The notes below the pieces were generated by a model. The model was not told the origin of the DNA, made no database searches, and saw nothing but the letters and a program-made list of their open reading frames with translations. The translations under genes and the position numbers were made by a program. From the NCBI RefSeq assembly GCF_030028105.1, contig NC_092375.1:167027415-167091414 (forward strand): DNA of 64,000 nt, in the 5' to 3' direction. This DNA is from Mobula birostris (Eukaryota). Positions within the stretch are counted from its first letter, which is position 1, and the number at the start of each line of letters is the position of its first letter. Shown piece after piece: positions 1-13,409 of the stretch.

Positions 1-339
1 CGGAACAGGAATTAAGCGTGGCCTTTGTTCTCGTCTCGTGTTCAGAGCTTAATGCCCGTTGCCCGCAAATATCTAGCATACTGCAGAACGTTGAAGAATT
101 AGCGTTAATTCCGCTTTACAAGATGTGTTTTTTTAAATATATAGCTTAGGTTTGCATATTATTCTCTTACATGCGACATAAAGCGATATACGAAACGGCA
201 TTGTAGGGCGTTTCTTTTCTTACGCAATTCTTCGAAGCGACAACCTATGGTTTCAGTTCGACGGTCCAGGAAAATAGTCGTCCCAATTTTTTTTCGCATC
301 GCACGGAAAATTAAATATTTCCAAATTGGAAAGCAACAT

Positions 340-720
340 TCATTGGTCAAGCAAAGTACACCGTCAGTGGCATGTTTGGCTTCTGCTCTCCAAAGAGAGA
401 CACTAACTTGACCTTAACTTTGTTATGGCGCCCCCAGTATCTGGAGAACATGTAGAGACACCGTCTGGCAGCTCGACCATAAAAATGAGATGAAAAAGAT
501 ATTCTGAGCATTCTACAGAATGTTGACCAATTTCTCAAAGCTTGGGGTAATACTGCTGAAAATTCCATAACATTGTTATGATAAATGTAGGTGTAAATGC
601 TATTTATCTCAGTTAAATTTATCCAGAAGCTGATTGTAAATAAGCTAGCGGAAATTTGGTTCATATTTAATGGCAATCGAAGGTGTTATGCAGTGGGATA
701 ACTTTCAGAAATTCGGCGCT
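340..720. promoter_or_regulatory. Probable conserved non-coding element on the HoxD11 side of HoxD12
   Basis: Motif-dense, non-repetitive block. It contains a nuclear receptor DR0-like site (409-420), a CTCF-like site (427-444) and Hox13/Cdx-type TTAT/ATAAA motifs. Conservation is inferred, not tested. Confidence 0.45.
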
Positions 721-3700
721 GCGCTCAGGACTGACCATCCTGCATTAGGTAACACTAGTCGATAAATTAGCATGATGACGTTTTTAAATATTATTCTAAT
801 TCAATTTACAAATCAATTCGTAATGTCGAAATGCTAGAATCCCTGCCTTTATTTATTTCCAATTAATATTTTAAGCTAGAATGGCAATAACATTAACAAG
901 TATTTTTAATATTACTGAATTTGTGGTCTCATAGTTTTTACTTCAGGCTCTGGAAAGACCGACATATTTTAATATGTCTGTATATCAAGGTGCAGCCTAT
1001 GATTTAAAATTAATGGAGCTGTGGAAATATTACCGTTATCGCGATTGTATTGGGAGTTCTCCTAACTAATGAACAGCGCATTTGCAAATTACTCTGTGTA
1101 CATTTTTAACGTACTTTATAGTACAACTCACGGAATATTATGCAAATATATACTAATCCTAGTAAAATAGAATTTGATTGAAGCTTTGGCCATTTCGTTA
1201 TATATCTTATATGGCAAGATGATGCAGGAATCTTTACCCGTGTGTCCTAATCTGAAGAATTTCTCCCATAAAACCTGCCTTCCTGGAAAGTAAAAGGCTC
1301 CAGACAATGGCACAGCTTTTCCTTTCATTGCCTAATTCACAGGAACACGGGAGAATGTATGCAACATCTGGGCTACAGGAACCAATTTTTCTTTCATTTA
1401 CTTGCCAGAAACATGAAGCTCGGGAAATAGGACCTGAAAAGTCAGTTTACCACGAAGAAATATTTCAGTCTTGCCCTATGATCACTTTAATTCTGTTAAG
1501 CATGTGGGCGCATTCTTTACAGCGCAATTCTCTATTTGCATGCGTTGTCTGCAACAGAACAGTCGAATTTAATAAGCACGTTGTCAATATCGCGAAATCT
1601 AATTGTTCGCCTTCAATTTTCTCAATATATTGAAATCCGGTGAAACGTTGTTGCCGAATCTCAAAAAGATATGCAACATAAAATAATTGCATTTGATGTA
1701 TGTATATTTCTTTGCGTTGATATGTTCCAATGAATGTTTTAAAGGATTCATGAAGATTGGACGGTGCGTGCTTAATGGGAACCCAGTCTGAAAGTCACTA
1801 GCTGCTTTCTGCCCACCCACTCCCTGATTTGCTAGAAAGAGAAGTAACTCATTTGTTCTCGTTTACATCTTCTGCTAAATGCCTGGACGCAGGCACAGGA
1901 AGTTTCACCAGCAGTCCGCATTCATTGCCAATCATAACTTAATTTCATATTAACATTTCAATGAAAAATCTACCATACTTGAAGCCGTCAATTTAAACAT
2001 TTGTTAGGATCCCGCCGTAATCTTGTCCATAAAAGGAAAGCAAAATGATCCTCATCACCAGAGGTTGCTGTCGTTTGACTCCATTCTTGAAGGTCGATCG
2101 TTATTGCTATGTTTCTCAGGAAACTTTAATTTCTAAAGAGCCTGAGTCGACGTAGTAGTAGTAGTGTTAAAAGTAGGTCGTCGTCAAAAGGTGGGAGATT
2201 AAATGAATTAGAGTATAATTATTGCTTCAAGTGAAGTAGACCGCATCTTTTAACTGATCGAATAAATGCTAATCTACTGGTAGAATAGGTGAATTCATCT
2301 AAATTGTTCCGTGCAAGTTTGCGTTTAATTAATTACTCTTATGATCGTTTATTCTTTCTGCAGATTTGGAAAATGAATAATTTAAAATTAATGGATAACT
2401 CTTACATCGTGGGACACCTAAATATTCCCCTTCAAATCATGGTTAATTGTGCATGAAAACTGAAACTTTGGATAATACCTCCCAAACGGGAGAATTAAGT
2501 AGCTTCAATCCACATCAGAATTCATTAGATTAAAAGTAAAAGGGGAGATCATGGGGCGTGTAAAGTATTATCGGTTTCTACTTGACTCAATTTTCGCTTT
2601 AATATGCTGAGATATATTTGTTTAGTTTAGTCTTCATTTAGCATGCTTACAGTTTCCGCGTAACAAAATATTCCAGCGGCCGGCAGATAGCTTAGATTGA
2701 TCGGTAAAATCAGGAAATGTACTGAGGAGCTTGTGTCGTAACGGAATGACATTGGTACAATAATAATACCATCGTTTGGAAGCGATTGATTTTGAAACTA
2801 CGTAGGATGTAATTTGTCTGTTTGGCATTTGATATTTCCCAGTTCCGTGACTGCTGCACCAAGTTAATATATGTCTGAATTAAAAAAAAACGAGCGTATA
2901 CATACTGAAATATTTAGAAATCGGCCCTTCAATAAGTATGTTGCTGGATTGAAACAACAGCAATAAATCAATTGTATAAAAAAAAGAGGCGTGCTTTTTT
3001 TCTTTTTTTATTATGTTTCGAGTGGGTCTTCACAGGACGCAAGAAAAGTGCAAGTATGTGACTGATTAGCACTTCGCGTATTTTGTTTATTTAATTTCCG
3101 AGTTCCGACGCAGTTGTTTATTTGTGTTATCGCTATTAACAAATTCACCTGTAATCTCAGTGGAGGAACTCCGAATAATGCAGCCGAAATCGGCGCAATC
3201 TTCAAAACAATGTGGCTCCACTTACATTGTAACCTGGCACAGAATGCAAATACTTCGTGCATCTCTTCCTGATTAAACCTCATTGCTATCATATCATACA
3301 TTGCTATCATATATCCCGTAAACGCGCTCCCTTCGAAAGATTTATTTAATTCTCCTGGTCAAATGTACATCCTTATAAGATTTTCAAACATATTAGAATT
3401 AATCGATTATCGGCTCCAATTTTACAAGATAATTAGTAAAGAACATGAAGTATATACAAATGGAAATTTGTTTCGACATACGTTTTATTATTACTCAATT
3501 TACATAGAGTGCATGCATAATAATTATATATTTACCGTTAAAATGCGAATGTTCCATTCTAATTACCTGTTGTACTTACATTCTCCAAATGCAGAATATC
3601 TGTTTGTTACTCAAGTAGACAGTCATGGGGCAATTTAAACAAACCGAAAAAGCGAAATAATTACAAATATCATTGAAACTGGTCAATGCTGATGAGAAGG

Positions 3701-4034
3701 CGTTGGCACGTTATCCACGGACAGCAAGATACAGGCTACAAAAAGTCAACTTTTTGCCTTTTGGCCAAATTCCCACTATAACAAATTTTCACGAGGTATC
3801 CGTAGTTTGCATCTCAATCCCTGTATGCTGCTGAGGTTTAACTAAGCCAACACGCCCTGGACTAGGGGCAGTGGCAATGTAATGGCAGATTGCTGCTTTA
3901 TATGACAGCACGTCAAAAGAGCACCTTTCCATTAAAAATGGATATTCTTGATCTACATGCTTTCTGCGAGCAAGCTTAATTACCATTTTAAAAAGTTCAA
4001 CTCACGACATTAAAACTCACATTTAGACTTTGGT

Positions 4035-4273
4035 CTAAAAGAGCGACAGTGTTTGTTCGCGCATAACAAGTCTTTTCTTTTTCATGCGCCGATTTTGAAA
4101 CCAGATTTTTACTTGCTGGTCGCTCAGATTTAGTCTATCAGACAATTCCTTCCTCTTTTGCCGATTGATAAACTCGTTCGCAAGGAATTCATTTTCAAGT
4201 TCAGCTATCTGTTGCTTCGTGTATGGCTTACGTTTCCTCCGTGACCTCACTTGGGTTGGGCACCATGAAAGCC
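4035..4273 (-). CDS. hoxd12: HoxD12 coding exon 2 (homeodomain)
   Basis: Acceptor tttgcag|GG. Encodes [68 protein letters not shown], a group 12 homeodomain. The spliced CDS is 819 nt (272 aa). Assignment to the D cluster follows from linkage to Evx2 and lnpk. Confidence 0.95.
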
Positions 4274-4993
4274 CTGCAAATCGAAATTGGAAAATAAAAT
4301 GTTGAGGAAAATGTAATACATTACCATAACCTTTCAAAACAAAGCCGCTTAAGTTTTTAGCAACACACTACCAGCATCTGCAGATTTTCTCTTGTTTGCC
4401 AGTTAAAATTTGAGTGTAATTTGTTAGTTCGCACCTTATCGTTGCGAACAATTCAGGATGAATTCTCTAAAACTGGTGGTCTTTAGACTTACAAACGAAA
4501 TTTAATACTATTAAATTACTTAACGATTCCAGAAGCCAGGTAGAATATACACAAATATTTAAATAAGGTATCCGATCACCTTAATATTTTACCGTTATTA
4601 ACGCAGAAAACCCATTAACTTAGATTCGAACTAAGAGATCTACCTGATATTTTGGTTTATAAGTAAAATGTGTTCTCTTCATCTTATAAAAGTTGGCTAA
4701 AATTTAAACAGATGCATTAACGATGTGATTTTGCATGTTAGTATCGTAACTATTTATCACTAATGGACTGACTTCCTTCATGGTTTGAGTTTCATTGTTT
4801 GTTGCTATCTCGTCAGAACGGATTTTCTTTTGTATCTACAATAATTATTTCTCTGGTGGTTTTGGCTGCTTTAAGGATTACTGATGTTCAACAAAAAAGT
4901 AATTCTCGTGAAGATGACAAGTAGCACTTTGAACCCGAAAGGATACCGCATTTTTCAAATGGTCATCGCTTTAATATGGCATTGATACTGTAC

Positions 4994-5573
4994 CATCGGA
5001 GGATCTGTTGCACACTGGCGTTACTGATGACTGTAATGACACATTGAGGCTCACACATTGCTTGACGCCTTCATTTATAGAGGGAGAGTTGGAATTCATT
5101 TCAAAGCCTTGACTATGTAATGACGAGCCATGGAGAGATGTTTCCACATTTGGGTACTCGTACTTGGCAGGGCTAATGTTGACTGAAGAGGGGACACTGG
5201 TATCACTTGGATAGGACTGATTGTGCCTGCATCTCTCCTCCGGTTTTCGGCTGCTGTCTTGGAAGTAGTATTTGCTAGGCTCTTCACTGGCTGCTGCTTT
5301 GTCTGATCCATGCCTATTGATGCTGATGGAGACAGAGTTGCTGAGATAGGACTGAGAGTAGCCGCTGAAGGCGCGGCTCTGCGGCGGCGATGCGCATGGA
5401 CTCGAAGTCCACGGGAGCGAGCACACCTCTCTGCGGGTGTAGGAGAGTGCTGGTGACAGACTTGCGAGTTGAGCCGCATTCGGACGCAGGTTGGGGAAGT
5501 AGAAGGGCTCCGGGCTGGCAAAATTTAACAGGGAGCCGACATAGCCTGAATTTAGCAGATTGTGTTCGCACAT
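4994..5573 (-). CDS. hoxd12: HoxD12 coding exon 1
   Basis: ATG at 5573 gives [18 protein letters not shown]..., the typical Hox12 N-terminus. Donor GATG|gtacag, with the intron starting at 4993. Length 580 nt, phase 1. Confidence 0.93.
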
Positions 5574-5639
5574 TTCCGACAAGCGCAGTCAGATCTTCTC
5601 TGACTCCTATTTAGCTTCCAGACAGAGATAAATGAAAGC

Positions 5640-5790
5640 CGCTTGCCGATTGGCTCCAAGAGGGTCACAAGGCAAGCGGAAGCAGCTTTTTTATTGGCAC
5701 CGCCTACGTCTCAATACAACTCGCGGCTGAAATGCCCAAGTCCACGTCCATGTGTACTTGCTGGTTTATCCACTTACCCGCTGTTAGTGC
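5640..5790 (-). promoter_or_regulatory. HoxD12 proximal promoter
   Basis: Immediately 5' of the HoxD12 ATG, with CCAAT boxes on the minus strand (plus-strand ATTGG at about 5649 and 5693) and a CCAATAAAA Hox13-type motif. Confidence 0.5.
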
Positions 5791-8348
5791 GACGCCGTTC
5801 ACCGGTGAATGGAATGTGTGTATAGTCCAGAAAAACACTTGAAAGTAATAATTTTGAAACACATTTATATTAAAAAATTATACTGAATACCTTCTCTATT
5901 GGATACATTGCACGTTTTATATATTTGATATACATGATTTTTAATCTGTTTTAAAAACGAATTATCCATGTTCTTTTATGTATTTCAAATCAGTTTCAAA
6001 AGATATTTAAAATATAAAACCGGTATGATGCTTTGGCCGACAAAATAAATTATTCTACAATACCATATCTAGTTAGCTCGATTAAATAGCTAACATAAAA
6101 TTTCTGGTCTATTAATATTTGGCACGTTTCTTTTATGTTTCTTTTATTTGTGTATTAGTGAATATGTTTGTGCTGTCCAAATCCACTGGAGATCACAAAT
6201 ACAGTGTGAATAAATTCAGCACGCTGCATATTTGGTTCTGCTTCCATTTTTGTCAAAAGAACGAATAAAGGATGTCTTTATTCAAAAATCAAACACATGA
6301 AAGGCAACTCAAACCTAAAAAGATTAGAAGATGCACTCCGTGCTAAATTAAGTTAAATAAAACGAATATGTTAGGTTAGAAACAATAAGTATAGATCAGT
6401 TTCTGTTGATTAGCAAGAATATACACAATAATAATAAAATTACACAATTCCGCACAATATTATTGTCTTTGCTGTAAAATAATTGGCGATTATACTCTGT
6501 GTCATCGTTAATTACAACACTTAGGACATTTTGATTTTACTTTTAAAAACGACTAGTTTGTTACATTAAGGTTCCAATTCACTTGTAGGTGGAAAATAAA
6601 ATGGCCTTGTTTCCAGTCTGTCCAGATTTGAGTTGGACTATGCAGTACCTAAAATATGCGGCTGAGCTTAAAAAAGCGGAGAATAAATTCGATTATAAAT
6701 TTCTGTTTATTGTGCGTATATGAAGTAGAATTTTGTAAGTTCAATTTGATCTTTCTTTAATTTGAAGGATTTTAGTTGGAAAGAAAATGTCTGAACGTTA
6801 TCATCCGTAAATTAGACAACCCCAGACCCCGATTTTAAATGTTAACGAAAACAAACGTCGAATAAGTCTGCTAGAATAAAATGCAAACAGGTTCTCCAAA
6901 AGTAGTGACAAAATTAAAAGAGCAATGGTCTTTTACGTTTTCCTGTTTTAAAATTTCGATTTGGCTGAATTTTTGCAACAACGAGCACGATTGATCAAAT
7001 CGACAAAGTATTACCCAATTATCGGATTAAAGCTTGCCCGGTTATCAAAACAGCAAAGCAAGTGCAATAACATCAACGGAAATGTGGATATCTTTATCAA
7101 ACTCCATAGTGCATCCTGTTAATTGTGACGTTAGGTAACCAAAAGTCACCCATGCCTCCTAAAGTAGCAGAAACAGCGTTGCATCGACTGCAAAACTACA
7201 GTACCTACTATTTGTTTATTGTTAATATAAATTATTCCAAATATTTAATTTAACAATGTTTTATACTTTGCTATTTATACTTACCTACAGTTTGACAAAA
7301 ACTGTTGTCCTTTCAGTTAAAATCACGAGCAGTAAAATCAAAGCGGACACCACCATCACATCCTCACCGGAAGGAGAAACGACTGTTTGTCCTCTTGTAC
7401 TTTTATGATCTCACGATTCCCTACAAAAATCCCGAAAATGGTTTCTGTACGGAGACATTAAAATCCACGAGCAGTTGCAAACAAAGGCGCTGGACTGAAG
7501 CTGGAGCTCTGCTGAATCTCAAAAAAAAATCTTGAAGTTGCTCTAAAATGAAAATGTGGCCCATTTCAAGGTCAATGTCGAATGAGATCAAATCGCAATT
7601 TTCAACGAGAGTATATACTTGCAATAAGATCAATATGTGTTTCGCCATTTCATTTGTAAGCTGGTGTCAGGTTGCGCACAATGAAATTTTCATTTGATTT
7701 AATGTAACCAGGGAATGCAACTGGGTCGCGATTCCTCACTTTACACTCTCTATAACAAAAGCTGCTTTATTGTTAATGACATTTCTCAAAGCTCTTGTGC
7801 GATCCTGGTTACACTTTAAATTCTGTCTATGATATATATCGCGACACATTGAAAACTACGAAAGAAATATAGAACCAAAAATGTATATGTTATACAATTC
7901 ATCGAAACTAGATTACTTACAAGATAACATCAAAGCCGGGATGTGTTTACTTTTCTGAGACGTGAACACAAAATAGTCTTAAATATATAAATATCAAATT
8001 GTGCATAAATTCGTGCAAACACCCTAAATTTAAATGATGTGACATGTTAAATCACAGTTATTTACGCATTGTACACCGCCCTTCGAAAATTTCACTTAAA
8101 TTGGTTTAGTCAAAGACTTATTTTGTCGTGCTTTATCTCATTTAAATTGGTTTCGTCGAAGGCTTATTTTATCGTATTTTTGTTGAAGCATGAAAACGTT
8201 GCTAAATTATCGAAGCAACCTATCATTAAGACTATGTAGTGAAACCAAACAGTTGACCTAATTCTAATACTGGTCCACAGCCGACCGACCATCTTGAAGC
8301 CCGCTCTTCATTTGTAACAGGGTTGTCTCATGTTTTACATCAGTTTAT

Positions 8349-8361
8349 CCAGCAGATGGCG
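8349..8361 (+). promoter_or_regulatory. CTCF-like site between HoxD13 and HoxD12
   Basis: CCAGCAGATGGCG closely matches the CTCF core consensus CCASYAGRKGGCR. Confidence 0.6.
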
Positions 8362-8969
8362 AACTAGTTCTGTGATCAGCACAGTCTTTATTATTCATGA
8401 TGCTAAATAAAGTCAAGGTCAAAGACTATAACGATAGTCAAGGTCAATGGTAAATAGAAATCTGACATCAGAGGGCTGAACATCCTTCCAAAAAATATGT
8501 TTTAATGCTACAAAGCGCTATCAAATTTAACCGAGTAAAGTCAGCTTGTATGCATATGTCGCATATAACAGAACATAGGGTTGGAATGTAACACGAGAAA
8601 ACATATTATTTTAAATTTGTTTCTATGGTTGACCAACAGAACTCACTACAACGCACTGGAATATAGTTAGCAATTGTTAACAGCTGGTAAATAAAGATGG
8701 CGGGGTCAACAACATTATCACCTACTAAGTTCGTGCTCATGTAAAAGCCATGAATCTTACTTAATTCCAAATTTCATCACATAACGTGCCTATTTTTTAA
8801 AAAAATAAAACAAGCATAAAATATTTATTCCACCTCCAACTTTCTTGCCACTTTAATATTCCCCCATTTTTTTCTTCAAGGAGTGCGTTGAAAATCCAGG
8901 CCATATTTTGATTGCTGTGAACATGTTACTTATATTTTGCAATATTTACGCACGGTCGCAGAAAGAGAA

Positions 8970-9135
8970 TTAAATACTTACATTAAATACATTAAATATT
9001 AAATTTAATTAATATTAAATGTGTAATATTAAAATGCGTAATAATTAATATTAAATGCGTAATAATTAATATTAAATGCGTAATATTAAAATGCGTAATA
9101 ATTAATATTAAATAGTGCGTAAATTAAATGCTTAC
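8970..9135. repeat. AT-rich minisatellite (unit about AATATTAAATGCGTAATAATT)
   Basis: Several imperfect tandem copies of 15-22 nt units are directly visible. Confidence 0.8.
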
Positions 9136-11078
9136 ATTAGACATCTTAGCGGATATCATCTATCCAAATAAACTCAGGAGAAATAAAATTAGGTCGACGG
9201 TTTGCACATTTAATTAGATATGATAGAACGAGATTTAATTGGGAATATTTTGACAAGCTTTAATCTAAAGTAGTTGAATCTAATACTGTATCCACATTGC
9301 AATCCAGTTTACACACCCCCAATAATTATTTGGGACAATCCTTGCACAATATTGGAATGGTTACGTGAATGAAATGTTGCGTTATTGATCTGTAAACGCG
9401 AAAATGAGATGGTGCAATTGAATAAGATTTTGAAGAAATCTCGAAATTGTACTCGAGTGTACTTCCAAGCTACTTTGAATTTCATTCATGTCATGATTAT
9501 CCCCATTCAGTCCTTTTCGTAATTTGTTTAGAAACTCAGCAACCTGGATTACTTCAATATATCGAGTTATTATGTTTACAGAATATCCGGGAAGCAAATG
9601 CTGGATCGGCATACCAGCATTTGTCGTTAAAAATCAAACAATGTTTTAATGTTTTAAATCAAATCAGTTTTAGTTCCTTCCAATTTACGAATACAATGAA
9701 TTTTATTTGAATTTCGCCGATAAATCTCAATATTGCGGTGAATTGCAAAATGTTCATCAAAGTATTGTACAGTTTAATATGTTACATGTCGATGGGGTAA
9801 AAAAAACGAATTAATTTACAAGAAATATAAAACAGTTGAAGAGGGATTTGTTTTAATTTTTTTTACATAGCATAAATCCATGTAAGGAAACAACGCAAGA
9901 TCAAATTTGCTTCGTCCTGGGTAAAGGAAACAAGGGAAATATGAACAAAGGTTATTTTTTAAATGCAGTACATAAAATGAAGTACAAGAATGATTTTCAC
10001 TATTTACTCATATAGAAATTGCGATTACATTAAAGAAGTAATCTAAGTATACAGCGTAACAAGTCATTAGTTAGAAAATAGCCGAAAGAGGTTCAATTAA
10101 TGACGTCGCATTCAAAACTTCAAAGGAGTTTTCAAATATATTAGCACTTGTTTTGAAAATAACAATCCAGAACAAAATATTCAAAAGGCAGAGACACCGC
10201 CTTTCATATTTTAACTCATAACATAAAGATACATTAAGACGTTTAAATTTGACAAATATTTCACTTGAAACCGAAATTTATCTTTAATGATTACATTTGC
10301 TTCTGGAAATATGTTACTGCAGAATTTTCTGGTGTAAATCAACAGAACGTTTTTTTCGGTATAAGGATTAAATAATTGGTTATGAACATGATTGTAAATT
10401 CGCTGCGATTGATATAGCATTGGTATGGCGTCCCGCCGCACACAGTCTGCGCGTATCTCTGTTGCAAATAATCTCTAACGGGCATTGACATAAAATTGAC
10501 TATATCTTCAATCATTAGATGATTGTTGCTAGTATATGCGATTACCATTTGAACCCATTCATAATGCAGTCATGGCACATCTTGCAAAACATGACAAAAC
10601 ATTGAAATGTAAATAAATATCGCCGTACGTCAAGAAAGCTAAGGTCAAACTTTACTTAATGTCAGCTTTTGGGTCTAAACGTGTTATCAGTTGTAGCCGC
10701 CATTTTATCTGTATACCGTGAGACCTCCCGTAATTTATCTGAATTCACTAAACATTCTTCAGACAAAAAATGAGCATTATTTTGCATTTCCTACAATGTC
10801 GCTTGTGAAAACGATCCAGCACGGTAACACAAAACAAATAAGCGAACGTGGAACACTCAAATGAGTGTTCTATTTGATCGCATGTGGTGATGAGTCACAT
10901 CAAGCATTTCAGCAAAGTTTTGCAAAACATCTCATGAAACTTGTCGTTTGAAGATTTTATTTTGGTTATAAATCCGAAGATGTTGCTTTACCGTCTCCCA
11001 CGTTCATTAGCTTCCATTTTAAAAGACCATCATATATAATTTACAATGCGCCATTGTTGGCTAGTAACGTCTGCGCAA

Positions 11079-11329
11079 TTAAGGTATATTTTCTTTGACT
11101 TTGGAAACCACTTTTTTCTCTTTGACTCTTCTGTTCTGAAACCAAATGGTGACTTGTCTTTCCGTAAGGTTGGTAGCTGAAGATATCCTTCTTCTTTTTT
11201 CCTTGGTGATAAATTTGTTAGTGGCATATTCTCGCTCGAGTTCTTTAAGCTGGGTTTTCGTATAAGGAACCCTTTTCTTCCTCCCTCGCCTGTAAATGTT
11301 TATATCAGTTTGATTGTGCATCACATCTC
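11079..11329 (-). CDS. hoxd13: HoxD13 coding exon 2 (homeodomain)
   Basis: Acceptor cccccag|GA. Encodes [60 protein letters not shown], a group 13 homeodomain. Confidence 0.95.
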
Positions 11330-11671
11330 CTGGGGGGTGAAATGCAAACTATGAGAACAAGCTTCAAACAGCTGCAGTTGGAAGGGTGTGGGGAATAAAA
11401 GGGGGACGATAGAGAGAGGGTTAAAAAAGAAGTCAAAATGACAACTCGCAGACCTTTGTCTATTTGGTACACTTGATAATTTTTGAGTCATTTAAACATT
11501 CAGTCCAACACACATCTGAATATATTAATTCTGATATAGGAGTTCCATGCATTGTTCATTCTACATATTACAAAGAAACAAAGCACTAAATGAAAGTTTC
11601 TTCTATATTCTTTGTTTTATACTAAAAATGAGTTTAATATATTTTTTTCCTGTGAAAATATTTCGTGATAC

Positions 11672-12356
11672 CTGAAAGAGGCGATTTCCAAAAATGTGAA
11701 GACTGCGTCTGATCTTTAGGGCAGTACACTTGACCATTCCACCCACTAGCAAATGTCCATGGCTGGTAACCCTCCATGGATAATAAGGCTTCATGCCTAG
11801 GCTCTCCGTGGCCACTTATGGTAGGGACTACTGGAACGTCCAAATAGCTAGAAACCCGTTGGTATGGATTAGGGTAACTTTGATAAAATGCAAATTCTTT
11901 AGCTCGGTTTGCTACCTCGTCAGTTGGGACAGGACTGTTGGTGAAACTCGAAACATCCGTGTATTTGTCCACTGGGTAACCGGCTAGGGATGCATGAGCA
12001 CTAGATTTCAGTCCAGTTTGCTGTATGCCAACATTTCGACAGCTGTAATAGCTGCTTCCAAAATGATAACCGTAGTTGAAGGCTGGGTTTGGAGGGCTAG
12101 TAGGAGCTGGACATGGGTTGCATTGCTTGGCTGATTCAGAAATGACAGAATGCGTACGATCTCCGCCTGAGTAAGCAGGTCCCGAAGATAAAGAGTTGTG
12201 ATGAGCTCCAAATGCAGTGGGAGATAGAAAATTCCTGCATTGATTTGAAGGGACGTTCCCACCCAGTCCTTCCATCTCCGACTTATTCGTGTTGTTTCTG
12301 TTGTGCAGGTATCTGATGGTATCAGTCCTCCAAGGGGCTGACAGAAGAGCTGTCAT
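11672..12356 (-). CDS. hoxd13: HoxD13 coding exon 1 (alternative start at ATG 12275, MEGL...)
   Basis: Hox13 N-terminal motifs [49 protein letters not shown]. Donor TCAG|gtatca, with the intron starting at 11671. Length 685 nt, phase 1. Confidence 0.9.
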
Positions 12357-12385
12357 ATCACGACCCACTGCAAACTAAGTACTGC

Positions 12386-12391
12386 TTTATA
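12386..12391 (-). promoter_or_regulatory. HoxD13 TATA box
   Basis: TATAAA on the minus strand, 30 nt upstream of the first in-frame ATG and embedded in the inverted repeat ACTGCTTT-ATA-AAAGCAGT. Confidence 0.5.
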
Positions 12392-13409
12392 AAAGCAGTC
12401 CTGGGAGTGAGAAGAGGTGCTTATTTTCACTGATTAGAATGTGCTTTGCGCGAGTGAAACGCGATAGGTTGACTCTGACCACGTGATACACTGCAACTGA
12501 GCTGGCTTCAGTACTTAGAGCACTCCTTAAAATCATCGGTATTTTCCCCAAATTAATTCATATTAAATAACCAATGCTGTTGATGTACATTAAAACTAGT
12601 ATTGTGGTTTTTTTCGTCAGTATTGTAACCAATGCAATTTAGTCGAAATTTATATGGGATATTATTGATAAATTGTAAAATATATCCTTTAATTAACGGG
12701 TGTGGTATATGTACAAATATTAAGTACATTAAGAATTCTTTAAGAGAGTTTTCAGTTAAAATGAAGCATTGGAGATTTTTCGGAAAATTGTCATTTCCGT
12801 TTAGAAATCTGAATGTGTTGTCATGGTCATCATGGGATTGACAGAATGGGGAACAACGATGAAGACATCTCGGTAACAACCTTTTTAGCATCAAAGTATG
12901 TTGTTCGTGATAACAGATATCTATCTTAACTATAAAACCTGCAAGAAATAGATTTTAAATTCATATATTCTCTTTCTGTAATTACATCTTTAGGCGACCA
13001 CTTTTAAATTGGCTTACGTTCAGTTATGTAAAATATCATATTTTCAAAATTCTCAGCGGAAGCTACTCAGACCTATACCTTTTTCCCACTCGGAATTGCG
13101 TGTTTTTGTATTATACAATTGCTTATTGGTGTATTTTTTCCCATATGAGGCTAGGTTTGTATCTTGTGTCGACCAAGCAAAGATATTGCAAATTGCCACC
13201 GCCCCGACAGCAATCTGGCCATGTCTGAATTTCCAATTATTTATGTCAAGCAGACGAAAATATTATCTCATGTTGTTTCGCAACAGGTCCTGTTGTTTAG
13301 CAATGACCAGAAAATATCTAGCGTTTAGTGAAGTCTAGCACAATTCCAGTACCCGGTTCGTTTCACTCCATGGTTATCTCACACCTTATGGCCGAAACAC
13401 TTAAATGTA

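Noticed and set aside
5574-5582. ORF-track start MSEM for HoxD12, and MGRD at 12368 for HoxD13
   Set aside because: These use TTG and GTG. The first true ATGs are at 5573 and 12356.
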